Of a stretch of DNA of 64,000 bases, positions 25,611 to 38,117 are shown piece after piece (within the stretch, counting starts at the first letter, position 1; each line of letters starts with the position of its first letter). Origin of the DNA: Eledone cirrhosa (Eukaryota); contig OZ024752.1 of NCBI GenBank assembly GCA_964016885.1, forward strand, positions 8,184,001 to 8,248,000, read 5' to 3'. Position numbers and translations under genes: made by a program. The notes beneath the pieces are model-generated. The model saw only the letters and a list, made by a program, of their open reading frames with translations, had not been told where the DNA came from and did no database searches.

Positions 25611-26455
25611 GATATCTTTATTTGCCACAGGGGTGCACAAAATTGGGACATTAAAAGACGTGACGGTGGGGATTTTACATAAGATCTTTAACAATGATAA
25701 ATAACAATAAACTATATATAAAAATAAAACAATTGAAATCTCCATTAGGGGGTAAGGCTACTGCAGGGTTGTTTTACACCCCGTGGATAGAACAACCCTC
25801 AAAACCAGGACCACGTTTTGTAGGTGTTCCCGTCTTCCCTCTGTTTGTCTTCCTCAACCTACAGGTTTATATACAGAGAAGGCCCATTCGCTCGGGCCAT
25901 TTTCGCCACATTCACCCACCTTTCAGTGAATTTACTGGAGTGTAGCACCTCTCTCTCCACTCTCACCTTCCTTCTGGAGTGGTACTTAAAGAAGGGGATA
26001 AGTTGTTGTCCGGAGAGAAAGGTCTTTGCTCTCAGTCCTTTAAACCTCGCCCGCCATATTACCTCTTTCGCCATAGCCACCAGACAGAGTAAAACTGCCT
26101 CACCTTCATTCTTAAATGAAGGCGGTGGGGTGATCCTCATGATGGACTCGGCTGACAACTGGATGCGTCCCACACGTGATAGTAGCTGTTTGACATAATT
26201 CCACAGGTCGGTCACTCCCGGGCACTGAACAATTGTGTGCAGAACGGTTTTGATGTCCTGCTCGCATCTTGGACAGGTCCTTTTGGCAGGATTTCTGCGA
26301 GGGCGTCCATGCCTGTAGATTTTGTCTCGAACTGGTAGAGCTCCTCGGTAGCACTGCCAGGCCAGTGACCTCTGGAAGTTATCCATAGGCCCTGGACGGA
26401 AAGTCCTCCCGAACAGACTGGTCTGTTCATCCTCCACGATGCCTAGAGTTTCCCC
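25611..26455 (-). mobile_element. Tx1/L1-type LINE 3' fragment
   Basis: MDNFQRSLAWQCYRGALPVR..CPRC zinc knuckle plus 3'UTR; 16-bp flanking repeat gatagatagatagaca at 25595-25610 and 26456-26471. Confidence 0.93.
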
Positions 26456-26610
26456 GATAGATAGATAGACAATCTTGTGTACAAATATACGGATGGCTGA
26501 AAGGCCCATAGATAGATGGGTGGCTGGATCAATGGATAGATAGACGAACAAGATAGACAGATAGATAGACAGATAGACAGATAGACAGACAAAACAGACA
26601 TAGATAGACA
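26456..26610. repeat. (GATA/GACA)n microsatellite
   Basis: Direct reading. Confidence 0.9.
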
Positions 26611-26947
26611 AACATATGATGAGACACACAAATATATAAATAAATACAGATGTATATAGATGATAGTACATTTATCTGTAAGTTGTAAGGAAGAGAGTTG
26701 TGTTGGCTCAGTCCACTGGGCTGTAAATAGTTACCAGAAGGAAATAAACTAACAAGTACAAGTATTTCATTGGTTTGTAGAGCTGGGTACAATTCCTTTC
26801 ATGGGATACTCTTGAAGAAGGGGTTATCACCAGCAATGGTAGAGATGACCCCTTGGACTTATTGGTGTTAGGGACTTGACACCTTTTCTAGTGTTGGCAC
26901 CATGATAAAATACACCCAGTACACTCTGTAAAGTGGTTGGTGTTTAA

Positions 26948-27936
26948 CCCTTTAGCATTTAAACCGGCCAGAATTCTCTCCCATCTTTCTGTTCAAACTG
27001 GCCATAACTGGCCACTTATACTAATGTTATGGTATTGTTCTGAAAATAAATAATATCAAAATCTCATAGATTTGATATTATGTGAGGTAAAGCCTTTACT
27101 GTGAAAATACAATAGTATATATAGAGTAATGTAAATGTTATGTGAGATATTATGTGAGGTAAAGCCTTTACTGTGAAAATACAATAGAATATATAGAGTA
27201 ATGTAAATGTTATGTGAGATATTATGTGAGGTAAAGCCTTTACTGTGAAAATACAATAGTATATATAGAGTAATGTAAATGTTATGTGAGATATTATGTG
27301 AGGTAAAGCCTTTACTGTGAAAATACAATAGAATATATAGAGTAATGTAAATGTTATGTGAGATATTATGTGAGGTAAAGCCTTTACTGTGAAAATACAA
27401 TAGTATATATAGAGTAATGTAAATGTTATGTGAGATATTATGTGAGGTAAAGCCTTTACTGTGAAAATACAATAGAATATATAGAGTAATGTAAATGTTA
27501 TGTGAGATATTATGTGAGGTAAAGCCTTTACTGTGAAAATACAATAGTATATAGATTAATGTAAATGTTATGTGAGATATTATGAGAGTAAAGCCTTTAC
27601 TGTGAAAATACAATAGTATATATTGAGTAATGTAAATGTTATGTGAGATATTATGTGAGGTAAAGCCTTTACTGTGAAAATACAATAGTATATATAGAGT
27701 AATGTAAATGTTATATGAGATATTATGTGAGGTAAAGCCGTTACTGTGAAAATACAATAGTATATATAGAGTAATGTAAATGTTATGTGAGATATTATGT
27801 GAGGTAAATCCTTTACTGTGAAAATACAATAGTATATATATAGAGTAATGTAAATATTATGTGAGATATTATGTGAAGTAAAGCCTTTACTGTGAAAATA
27901 CAATAGTATATATAGAGTAATGTAAATGGTAAAGGG
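26948..27936 (+). mobile_element. piggyBac-like MITE carrying a 72-bp tandem array (~12 units)
   Basis: TTAA|ccctttagcattta ... taaatggtaaaggg|TTAA; array at 27076-27930. Confidence 0.88.
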
Positions 27937-28147
27937 TTAAAGACAATATAGGGTAGAGATGATAGTGCCGGGCACCATGATAAAATACACCCAGTACACT
28001 CTGTAAAGTGGTGGGTTATTAGAAACAATATGGGGTAGAGGAGACACTTCACTCATGCTGAGGACATGATAGTGTCTGGTTCCATGATAAATTGCACCAA
28101 GTACACTCTGTAAAGTGGTAGTGCTAGTGTCACAATAAAATACATCA

Positions 28148-28332
28148 ATGGTGGTGGTGGTGTAGTGGTGATGGTAGTGGTGGTGGTGGTGTTGATGGTG
28201 CTGTGGTGGTAGTGGTGGTGATGATGGTGATGGTGGTGGTGATGATGATGATGGCGATGATGATGATGATAATAATGATGACGATGATGATGGTGGTGGT
28301 GATGATATAATGATGGTGATAATGATGATAAT
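28148..28332. repeat. (GGT/GAT)n low-complexity tract
   Basis: Direct reading. Confidence 0.9.
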
Positions 28333-28734
28333 ACTGTTCATCCTAAATCTATTGATTACTGACAGAAATGTTAATACTTAACACCATAAACAACTGATCA
28401 ATGTTCTGCTTTTGAAATCTCTCTCAGTCTAAACAACCATTCCACCATTTGTTCTGATGTTACAGATGCTAAAATCGAAGTGCAAGCATTCATTGATCTT
28501 TCCTTTTATCCTAGATTTAAGGGCTGAAACTAGATTCTAATTCAGCTCAGTTGAAGATAGAAACTACCAAAATACACATTTCAGTAATTTTATAATAATT
28601 TGTTAGTTTTATTGTGTAAACAAGAAAAGACAGCAGATATAAAATAAACCCTTTAAAATAAATTATGGATTGTTGTTAGTTCATTGAAATTGATGTCTTT
28701 TTCTATTTATTTACTTGGTGTTAGGAAGGGTACA

Positions 28735-29522
28735 GCAAAAAGTACCCAGTCCACACTGTAAAGTGGTTGTGTAGGTGTCACGACAAAAAGCACCCAGTTC
28801 ACACACTAAAGTGGTCGTGTAGGTTCACTACAAAAAGCACCCAGCCCACACTGTAAAGTAGTCATGTAGGTGTCATGACAAAAAGCACCCAGTCCACACA
28901 GTAAAGTGGTCAGTAGGTGTCACAACAAAAAGTACCCAGTCCACACTGTAAAGTGGTCATGTAGGTGTCATGACAAAAAGCACCCAGTACACACAGTAAA
29001 GTGGTCATGTAGGTGTCACAACAAAAATCACCCAGTCCACACTGTAAAGTGGTCGTGTAGGTGACACAACAAAAAGCACCCAGTCCACACTGAAAAGTGG
29101 TCGTGTAGGTTCACTACAAAAAGGACCCAGCCCACACTGTAAAGTGGTCATGCAGGCATCATGAAAAAAAACATCCAGTCCACACTGTAAAGTGGTCATG
29201 TAGGTGTCATGACAAAAAGCAACCAGTCCACACTGTGAAGTGGTTGTGTAAGAGACACGGTAAAAAGCACCCAGTCCACACTGTAAAGTGGTCGTGTAGG
29301 TGTCACAACAAAAAGAATCCAGTCCACACTGTAAAATGGTTGTGTAGGTGTCGTGACGAAAAGTACCCAGTCCACACTGTAATGTGGTCATGTGTCACAA
29401 CAAAAAGCACCCAGCCCACACTGTGAAGTGGTCTTGTCGGTGCCACGACAAAAAGCACCCAGCACACACTATAAAGTGGTTATATTGGTGTCATGACAAA
29501 AAGCACCCAGTCCACACTGTAA
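28735..29522. repeat. Diverged ~48-bp tandem array from the RTE 3'UTR unit
   Basis: aaaaagcacccagtccacactgtaaagtggtcgtgtaggtgtcacgac, ~16 units; homologous to the reverse complement of the 1093-4736 unit. Confidence 0.92.
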
Positions 29523-29524
29523 AA

Positions 29525-29642
29525 TAATTGTTTCTACTATTGGCACAAGGCCAGCAATAACCCAGTACATTACTGGTACTTTATTTTATCGACTCCGTAA
29601 GGATGAAAGGCAAAGTTAACCTCGGCGGGATTTGAACTCAGA
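29525..29642 (-). mobile_element. SINE family 1 (partial)
   Basis: ggatgaaaggcaaagttaacctcggcgggatttgaactc. Confidence 0.8.
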
Positions 29643-30024
29643 AAATAATGTTAGGATAATATAGTTATTACGTCCTAAACATACGTTGGAGTGGTCACAG
29701 TTGGAATGTCTTCACAGGTCAGTTTCATCAGACTGAACAATAACTTTAAATAAGACCCCTTTTATCTAATACCAAATATGGAAATCTTCATTTCAGAACA
29801 AAATAAATGTGGAAGATCTAAAATGTTGGAATTTTCGGCAAAATGTGTAATGAGAAAGGAATTGTTGGAAATTTCCACGTAATGTGTGAAAGTTGACAAG
29901 CTGCTTTGTTGGCTTATTTTTAGATCATAGTTTTTCTTCTTTTAATATGTCGGAAGCATACTTGTAATTTTGATTACGACCTGAATATTACACTCCATCC
30001 AGTACGTGCCATGTAAAACGTATG

Positions 30025-30173
30025 CAGTGAAATTAAGTTATAATGAAAAAATCTTTACAACGAGATCGACCGAAACAAATCAAACGTTTGTCTTATTACC
30101 TCGGGGATTGAAAAAAAATTATTATTATGAAAAATTGGTTATAATGGTATTCGTTATAACGAAATTTTACCTG
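30025..30173. mobile_element. pogo/Tigger-like MITE
   Basis: Imperfect TIRs cagtgaaattaagttataatgaa / ttcgttataacgaaattttacctg followed by TA. Confidence 0.6.
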
Positions 30174-32199
30174 TATCATTTCCTCGTGGACGTTTTCAAA
30201 AAGGTATTTGTTAAGTCAGTAAGGACAGCACTGAATAGGCATGAATATCAATAAAGAGACTGTTATACTGCTGTCAAAGTCATTCAACGAGCTATTTTTT
30301 TTATAGAATTGTAGTATTAAATATCTACAACAGGTTAACTTTGAATAAGATATGTTGTTTCATCAGAGTGAATAAGACAAATGGTGTTTCACGTCCAAGA
30401 TGGTTGACGTGTATATAAAAGTATAAGCGAAATTATGAGTGAAACAGCATAACAACCGCTGTGTATCATCATATTTAGTTAGTCACTGTAATTTTTAAAA
30501 CATATTTTATAATGAATAGATCAATATCAAATGGCTTTTTTTTTGTTTTGTTTTATATCTTTTATTCAGAAAATGTAGAAATGGCGAAACCTAAAACATA
30601 AATAAACAACACGCTACATTGGAAATAACGCGTGACTTTTACACATTTCCACGTGGAGGAATCATAGCACTATGTAGAGTAATAGCGAGTCGGAAAACGT
30701 ACGCTGGCCAGCATCTGAGGACAGCTGTAAAAAAATGGTAATTACACATCACAACGTTGTGTTAGTTAAGACTAGGCAAATCCAGCAAGCAAGCAGATTG
30801 CGAAACAGTCTCTTAGCCTTCTCTCACCTCTTTGTTTGACATTGAAGATATCACAGCTTCATCTCACCTCCCCAACACTTTACAGCATTGCTATACACAC
30901 AAACAGCCGTTCCAAATTCTGCCCAATTTATCTCCTTCGTTTCCTTTTCCACCATTTCGCTCTCAAACAATGCTTTTGAAAGCAGCCAGATTTCATCACA
31001 TATAAGAAAGAGAGAGAGTTCTCTGTCAACATCAACAAACACGACCATCATTCAAACTGATGTAGCTTCCCTAACGAACCATTCGTATTTTAGAATAATG
31101 CATAAAAATGATGACAAGACCACATTTTAATACACACTCACACTACCCTCCTTCAAACTGATACATTCATTTAATTTATGTTGTTATTGCTCCTGTCAAA
31201 CTCATGGCTATGACTAAAAAAACAGCCATACGTATTTTAAAATTATGTATAACAAAAATGGCGACAGGACTAGATTTTAACACATACACACACAGTATTA
31301 AATGTCAACTGTTCGTGAAATTTAACAAACATTTAAACCACAGACTGACACATTATTTAGTTACATTTTAATTGTTTTTGTTACAGCTCATGTCGCAGTT
31401 GTCATTAGATTAAAGAATTTAAAATCTACGTCTTCTGTAATAAGTGAACACGCAGTCATTGCCATGAATGTATATAACAGTAATGAGACCAAATTTGAAC
31501 AGATACACACATTAAACAAAAACATTGTCAGTCGTTTGTGAAATTTAACGACAAACAATTAAACGACACAGGCAGAGACAGAGAAGGGTTATTTAGTTAC
31601 GCTCTGTCACAGTTCGTGTCGCAAGTTCTCAGTCAATAAATTAGAAACACGTTAAAATCTACACGTCACGTATTAGAGAAACACTCAGACATAGCGAGCT
31701 ATGAATGAAGACTAACAACCCAGTTCTCTACATGTTACACAATAAACTAATTACAAACGACAACCGTTTTATAAATGGAGTCTGGCAGTCACGAAGACTG
31801 TCATAATAAAATCGATATCCCCCCACCCCAACGTCTTTTCTTTGACTCTATTTCTTATCAGTGTATTTGATGTTTACACGAACTTAATTATGACCCTGTT
31901 TTATAATATAAACCGTCTCGTTTATCTTGTGTTTGTTGATAATTCGTACATTTATGTTGATAATTTCCCCTTTGATTTTATATTGATCTCTCACAGAGTA
32001 GGAGAAAGTGTCGATCAATTAAATTGACCCAAATACACGAAGTGGAATTTTGAACTGAGGAAATGAAGGTCTGCCATCGATTTCGACGATGTCTTCCAGT
32101 TGGTCATTCAATGGAACAACCTGCTCATGGAGTGAATCTGTAAAACTGGATGAGTATTCCACAGACACAAATACTGTAAACGTAATTCTCAGCCTATGA

Positions 32200-34935
32200 C
32201 AAAAGCCACCCAGTCCACCCAGTTAAGTGGTCGTTTCGAACCACGATAAAAAGCACCCAGTCTACCGTGTTAAGTGGTTGTTTTGGTGCCACGATAGAAA
32301 GCATCCAGTCCACCCTGTTAGGTGGTCGTTTCGGAACCACAATAAAGAGCACCGTGTTAGGTGGTCGTTTCGAGAACCACAATAAAGAGCACCCTGTTAG
32401 GTGGTCGTTTCGGAACCACAATAAAGAGCACCCTGTTAGGTGGTCGTTTCGAGAACCACAATAAAGAGCACCCTGTTAGGTGGTCGTTTCGGAACCACAA
32501 TAAAGAGCACCCTGTTAGGTGGTCGTTTCGGAACCACAATAAAGAGCACCCTGTTGGGTGGTCATTTCGGAACCACAATAAAGAGCACCCTGTTAGGTGG
32601 TCGTTTCGGAACCACAATAAAGAGCACCCTGTTAGGTGGTCGTTTCGGAACCACAATAAAGAGCACCCTGTTAGGTGGTCGTTTCGGAACCACAGTAAAG
32701 AGCACCCTGTTAGGTGGTCATTTCGGAACCACAATAAAGAGCACCATGTTAGATGGTCGTTTCGAGAACCACAATAAAGAGCACCCTGTTAGGTGGTCGT
32801 TTCGGAACCACAATAAAGAACACCCTGTTAGGTGGTCGTTTCGGAACCACAATAAAGAGCACCATGTTAGGTGGTCGTTTCGGAACCACAATAAAGAGCA
32901 TCCTGTTAGGTGGTCGTTTCGGAACCACAATAAAGAGCACCCTGTTAGGTGGTCGTTTCGGAACCACAATAAAGAGCACCCTATTAGGTGGTCGTTTCGG
33001 AACCACAATAAAGAGCACCATGTTGGGTGGTCGTTTCGGAACCACAATAAAGAGCACCCTGTTAGGTGGTCGTTTCGGAACCACAATAAAGAGCACCCTG
33101 TTAGGTGGTCGTTTCGGAACCACAATAAAGAGCACCATGTTGGGTGGTCGTTTCGGAACCACAATAAAGAGCACCCTGTTAGGTGGTCGTTTCGAGAACC
33201 ACAATAAAGAGCACCCTGTTAGGTGGTCGTTTCGGAACCACAATAAAGAGCACCCTGTTAGGTGGTCGTTTCGGAACCACAATAAAGAGCACCCTGTTGG
33301 GTGGTCATTTCGGAACCACAATAAAGAGCACCCTGTTAGGTGGTCGTTTCGGAACCACAATAAAGAGCACCCTGTTAGGTGGTCGTTTCGGAACCACAAT
33401 AAAGAGCACCCTGTTAGGTGGTCGTTTCGGAACCACAGTAAAGAGCACCCTGTTAGGTGGTCATTTCGGAACCACAATAAAGAGCACCATGTTAGATGGT
33501 CGTTTCGAGAACCACAATAAAGAGCACCCTGTTAGGTGGTCGTTTCGGAACCACAATAAAGAGCACCCTGTTAGGTGGTCGTTTCGGAACCACAATAAAG
33601 AGCACCCTGTTAGGTGGTCGTTTCGGAACCACAATAAAGAGCATCCTGTTAGGTGGTCGTTTCGGAACCACAATAAAGAGCACCCTGTTAGGTGGTCGTT
33701 TCGGAACCACAATAAAGAGCACCCTATTAGGTGGTCGTTTCGGAACCACAATAAAGAGCACCATGTTGGGTGGTCGTTTCGGAACCACAATAAAGAGCAC
33801 CCTGTTAGGTGGTCGTTTCGGAACCACAATAAAGAGCACCCTGTTAGGTGGTCGTTTCGGAACCACAATAAAGAGCACCATGTTGGGTGGTCGTTTCGGA
33901 ACCACAATAAAGAGCACCCTGTTAGGTGGTCGTTTCGGAACCACAATAAAGAGCACCCTGTTAGGTGGTCGTTTCGGAACCACAATAAAGAGCACCCTGT
34001 TAGGTGGTCGTTTCGGAACCACAATAAAGAGCACCATGTTGGGTGGTCGTTTCGGAACCACAATAAAGAGCACCCTGTTAGGTGGTCGTTTCGGAACCAC
34101 AATAAAGAGCACCCTGTTAGGTGGTCGTTTCGGAACCACAATAAAGAGCACCCTGTTAGGTGGTCGTTTCGGAACCACAATAAAGAGCACCATGTTGGGT
34201 GGTCGTTTCGGAACCACAATAAAGAGCACCCTGTTAGGTGGTCGTTTCGGAACCACAATAAAGAGCACCCTGTTAGGTGGTCGTTTCGGAACCACAATAA
34301 AGAGCACCCTGTTAGGTGGTCATTTCGGAACCACAATAAAGAGCACCCTGTTAGGTGGTCGTTTCGGAACCACAATAAAGAGCACCCTGTTAGGTGGTCA
34401 TTTCGAGAACCACAATAAAGAGCACCCTGTTAGGTGGTCGTTTCGGAACCACAATAAAGAGCACCCTGTTAGGTGGTCATTTCGAGAACCACAATAAAGA
34501 GCACCCTGTTAGGTGGTCGTTTCGGAACCACAATAAAGAGCACCCTGTTAGGTGGTCGTTTCGGAACCACAATAAAGAGCACCATGTTAGGTGGTCGTTT
34601 CGAGAACCACAATAAAGAGCACCCTGTTAGGTGGTCATTTCGGAACCACAATAAAGAGCACCCTGTTAAAACCACCCAGTCTACTCTGTTAAGTGGTCGT
34701 TTCAAGCCATGATAAAAAACACCTAGTCTACCCTGTTTAGTGGTTGTTTTGGTGCCACAATAAAAACCAGCCAGTCCACACTGTAATGTGGTTGGCATTA
34801 AGAAGGGCATCCAGCTGTAGAAACCAAGCCAAAATACAGATCCTTATGAGCAAGACGGGAATTGTCTCAAAATATGACAACCTGTCTAACCCATGCAAGC
34901 ATGGAAAATGGACATTAAATGATGTTGATGATGAT
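32200..34935 (+). repeat. 39-bp satellite (~60 units, 32320-34667) expanded inside an RTE 3'UTR copy
   Basis: Unit accacaataaagagcaccctgttaggtggtcgtttcgga; flanked by ~48-bp ancestral units and followed by the gaagggcatccagctgtagaa...(ATG)n tail. Confidence 0.95.
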
Positions 34936-34992
34936 TATTCAATGTGGTAGGGTGAGTGACCTGCCCCTTGAATTATAGGTACGGTCCAGTGA

Positions 34993-36055
34993 AGGCACGT
35001 GGCTTGTGGTTAGGGTATTCAGCTCCCAATCATAAGGTAGTTGGCTCATAATTGTAGGGTAGTTGGCTCATAATTGTAGGGTAGTTGGCTCACAATTGTA
35101 GGGTATTTAGCTCACAATTGTAGGGTAGTTGGCTCATAATTGTAGGGTAGTTGGCTCACAATTGTAGGGTATTTAGCTCAAAATTGTAGGGTAGTTGGCT
35201 CACAATTGTAGGGTAGTTGGCTCATAATTGTAGGGTAGTTGGCTCACAATTGTAGGGTAGTTGGCTCACAATTGTAGGGTATTTAGCTCAAAATTGTAGG
35301 GTAGTTGGCTCACAATTGTAGGGTAGTTGGCTCATAATTGTAGGGTAGTTGGCTCACAATTGTAGGGTAGTTGGCTCACAATTGTAGGGTATTTAGCTCA
35401 AAATTGTAGGGTAGTTGGCTCATAATTGTAGGGTAGTTGGCTCACAATTGTAGGGTAGTTGGCTCACAATTGTAGGGTATTTAGCTCACAATTGTAGGGT
35501 AGTTGGCTCACAATTGTAGGGTAGGTGGCTCACAATTGTAGGGTAGTTGGCTCACAATTGTAGGGTATTTAGCTCACAATTGTAGGGTAGTTGGCTCACA
35601 ATTGTAGGGTAGGTGGCTCACAATTGTAGGGTAGTTGGCTCACAATTGTAGGGTATTTAGATCATAATTGTAGGGTAGTTGGCTCATAATTGTAGGGTAT
35701 TCAGCTCCCAATCATAGGGTAGTTGGCTCATAATTGTAGGGTAGTTGGCTCATAATTGTAGGGTAGTTGGCTCACAATTGTAGGGTATTCAGCTCACAAT
35801 TGTAGGGTATGTGGCTCACAATTGTAGGGTATTCAGTTCACATTGCTCCAGTCCACTCAGCTGGCAAAAATGAGTTGTATCTGTAAAGAAGGACCAGCCT
35901 TGTCACATTCTGTGTCACGCTGAATCTCCCTGAGAACTATGTTAAGGATACATGTGTCTGTGAAATGCTAAGCCACTTGCATGTTAATTTCAGGAACAGG
36001 CTGTTCTGTTGATCATATCGTCTGGAACACTCGTCGTCGTAACCGACAGAGTGAC
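34993..36055 (+). mobile_element. SINE family 2 with a 22-bp satellite expansion (35011-35841)
   Basis: A-box gtggcttgtggttag, then cacaattgtagggtagttggct x~37, then the ttgctccagtccactcagctg core and tail. Confidence 0.88.
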
Positions 36056-36487
36056 TTTCTATGGTCCATCAGACAGGCTAACAAACTGTTTCTGTCTACT
36101 AAGTTTCACACAAGACATAGGTCAATGTTAAGCTACAGTAAATGACACTTAACCCAGATGTTACAGAGTGGCATCAATCTTGAGACCTGATAATTACAAA
36201 ATGAACTTTTTAACCATTCCAGTTTGCAGCATCCATGATTCCCAACTGTATTGAAGTCTATATGAAGGGATGAAACATTGTACAACGTTTTTTAGTTGTG
36301 AATAACGTTGCCATAGCTGGGAAATGAAGGACAACTTCAGGTCAATAACCCTACTTCAACGAGATAACAACAATAAAAGATAACAAGCCACACAAGTAAA
36401 GAATAAAAGATAAAAGAAAATCGCTATTTTTTCATAGTTAACATTATGAGGTGTAAACTAAAACATCAGTATTATTTTTTACTGAGA

Positions 36488-36702
36488 AGGGCGGTGGATT
36501 GGCAGTATTGGTCGAGGGTCAGACGCCATGCTTTTCAGCATAGAGTTACAGCCCTTTACGGTTTGAGTTCAAATCCCACTGAGGTTAACTTTGCCTTTCA
36601 TCCTTATGGGGTGGGGGGGGGGGGGGGGGAGTCGATAAAATAAAGAACCAGTAATGTACTGAGATAATTGCTGGCCTTGTGCCAAAAGTAGAAACAATTA
36701 TT
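36488..36702 (+). mobile_element. SINE family 1
   Basis: ggcggtggattggcag, gagttcaaatccc, tttgcctttcatcc. Confidence 0.85.
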
Positions 36703-36749
36703 TTTTACTGAGAAGGGTTCCTCTGAGGGTCTTTGAAGTAACGTTACTC

Positions 36750-37072
36750 AATAAAGTGTGTAGCTCAGATCAGAGTGTCACTCCAGGTAGAGCCACTGTT
36801 TCTCCAAATTGAGAGATCACAGCTCTTATAATATGGACGTGGTTAGAATGTCTCAGGAAAGAATCACTGGACAGATTTTAGTGGCAAAACCAACCTGCAG
36901 GAGACCCAGGGGTAGACACCGAGCAAGATGGTTGAATAACAGCCATGAGATCAACTGGTCTCATTTGGGGAGCCGACCAGATCAATTAGAGATGGTTGCT
37001 TCTCATAGGATGAAATATTTGATGACTCTTCCGCCATGACCCTTTCAGGAATAAGTGGACGTGGAAGAAGAG
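36750..37072 (+). mobile_element. RTE-clade 3' fragment (different subfamily)
   Basis: RMSQERITGQIL.AKPT.RRPRGR.RARW remnant. Confidence 0.65.
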
Positions 37073-37117
37073 AGAGTTTTGTCTGGTAGGGTGATGATTT
37101 GTCATAAAGTGATCTGA

Positions 37118-37452
37118 CCTTTATCATTTTACATTACTCTATATTTACTATTGTACTTTTGTGGTAAAGACTTTACCTCACATAATATCGAATCTATGAG
37201 ATTTTGATATTATTTCTTTTGAGAACAACACCTTAACATCAGTATGAGTAACTGGTTACAGCAGTTTGAACAGAAAGAAGTAGGTGAGAGAATTCTAGCA
37301 GGATATGGTCGGTTTAAATGCTAAAGTGTTTAACTAGCCACTTAGAACAATACTTTAACATCAGTATGAGCGGCTGGTTACTGCCGGTTTCAACAGAAAG
37401 AGGTGAGAGAATTCTGGCTAGATATGACTGGTTTAAATGCTAAAGTGTTTAA
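37118..37452 (-). mobile_element. piggyBac-like MITE, single-unit form plus a duplicated end
   Basis: Reverse-complement homolog of 26948-27936 with one 72-bp unit; taaatgctaaagtgtttaa ends at ~37332 and ~37452. Confidence 0.75.
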
Positions 37453-37874
37453 CTAGCCCCTTCTAGTCTTTAGAAGCTTATATAAGAAGCAAATCCTACA
37501 TTCTGTTGTATCTATTGGTCTATAGATTCCTTGTTTCTATGTCTCCTTCGTTTCATATTTATATATCAGGTGTTCATTGTTCCAGCATCGCTATCGTATA
37601 TCGTAAAACATCTAACTAAACCATAACAACAAAATAGAAAACAATGCTGTACCAAGTTGTTTATTATCTGACATATTGATTAGCTAGTTAGAGAGAGAAG
37701 AGAAAATAGTTTTACCCAATAGTGTTTATTATGTGATTCGCTAGAAAAATATTGATTTTTCTAGAAGCCTTCCATTATATTTTAAACCATTCTAGAAGTC
37801 TAGATTCTCTGTCAATGGCAGTAACTATGTTAATGCAACATGTTAGTGCAAGATATCTATGTGATATCTAATGT

Positions 37875-38105
37875 ATAACATGTATGCAATGAAACAAGTC
37901 TCCTACATATACACAATGGTACAAATCTGCTACATGTATGCAATGAAATATGTCTCCTACATGTGTGCAATAAAACATGTCTCCTACATGTACACAATGA
38001 AACAAATCTGCTACATGTATGCAATGAAATATGTCTCCAACATGTGTGCAATGAATCAAACCTCCCACATGTGTGCAATGAAACTAGTCTCCTACATGTA
38101 TGCAA
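37875..38105. repeat. ~27-bp minisatellite
   Basis: tacatgtatgcaatgaaatatgtctcc repeated. Confidence 0.88.
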
Positions 38106-38117
38106 ATAAAGAGTATA

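Noticed and set aside
32361-34712. Overlapping 250-410 aa ORFs or a CRISPR array
   Set aside because: 39-bp tandem repeat open in several frames on both strands; no spacers.
36488-36580. tRNA gene
   Set aside because: A/B boxes belong to a multi-copy SINE head; no cloverleaf could be paired.
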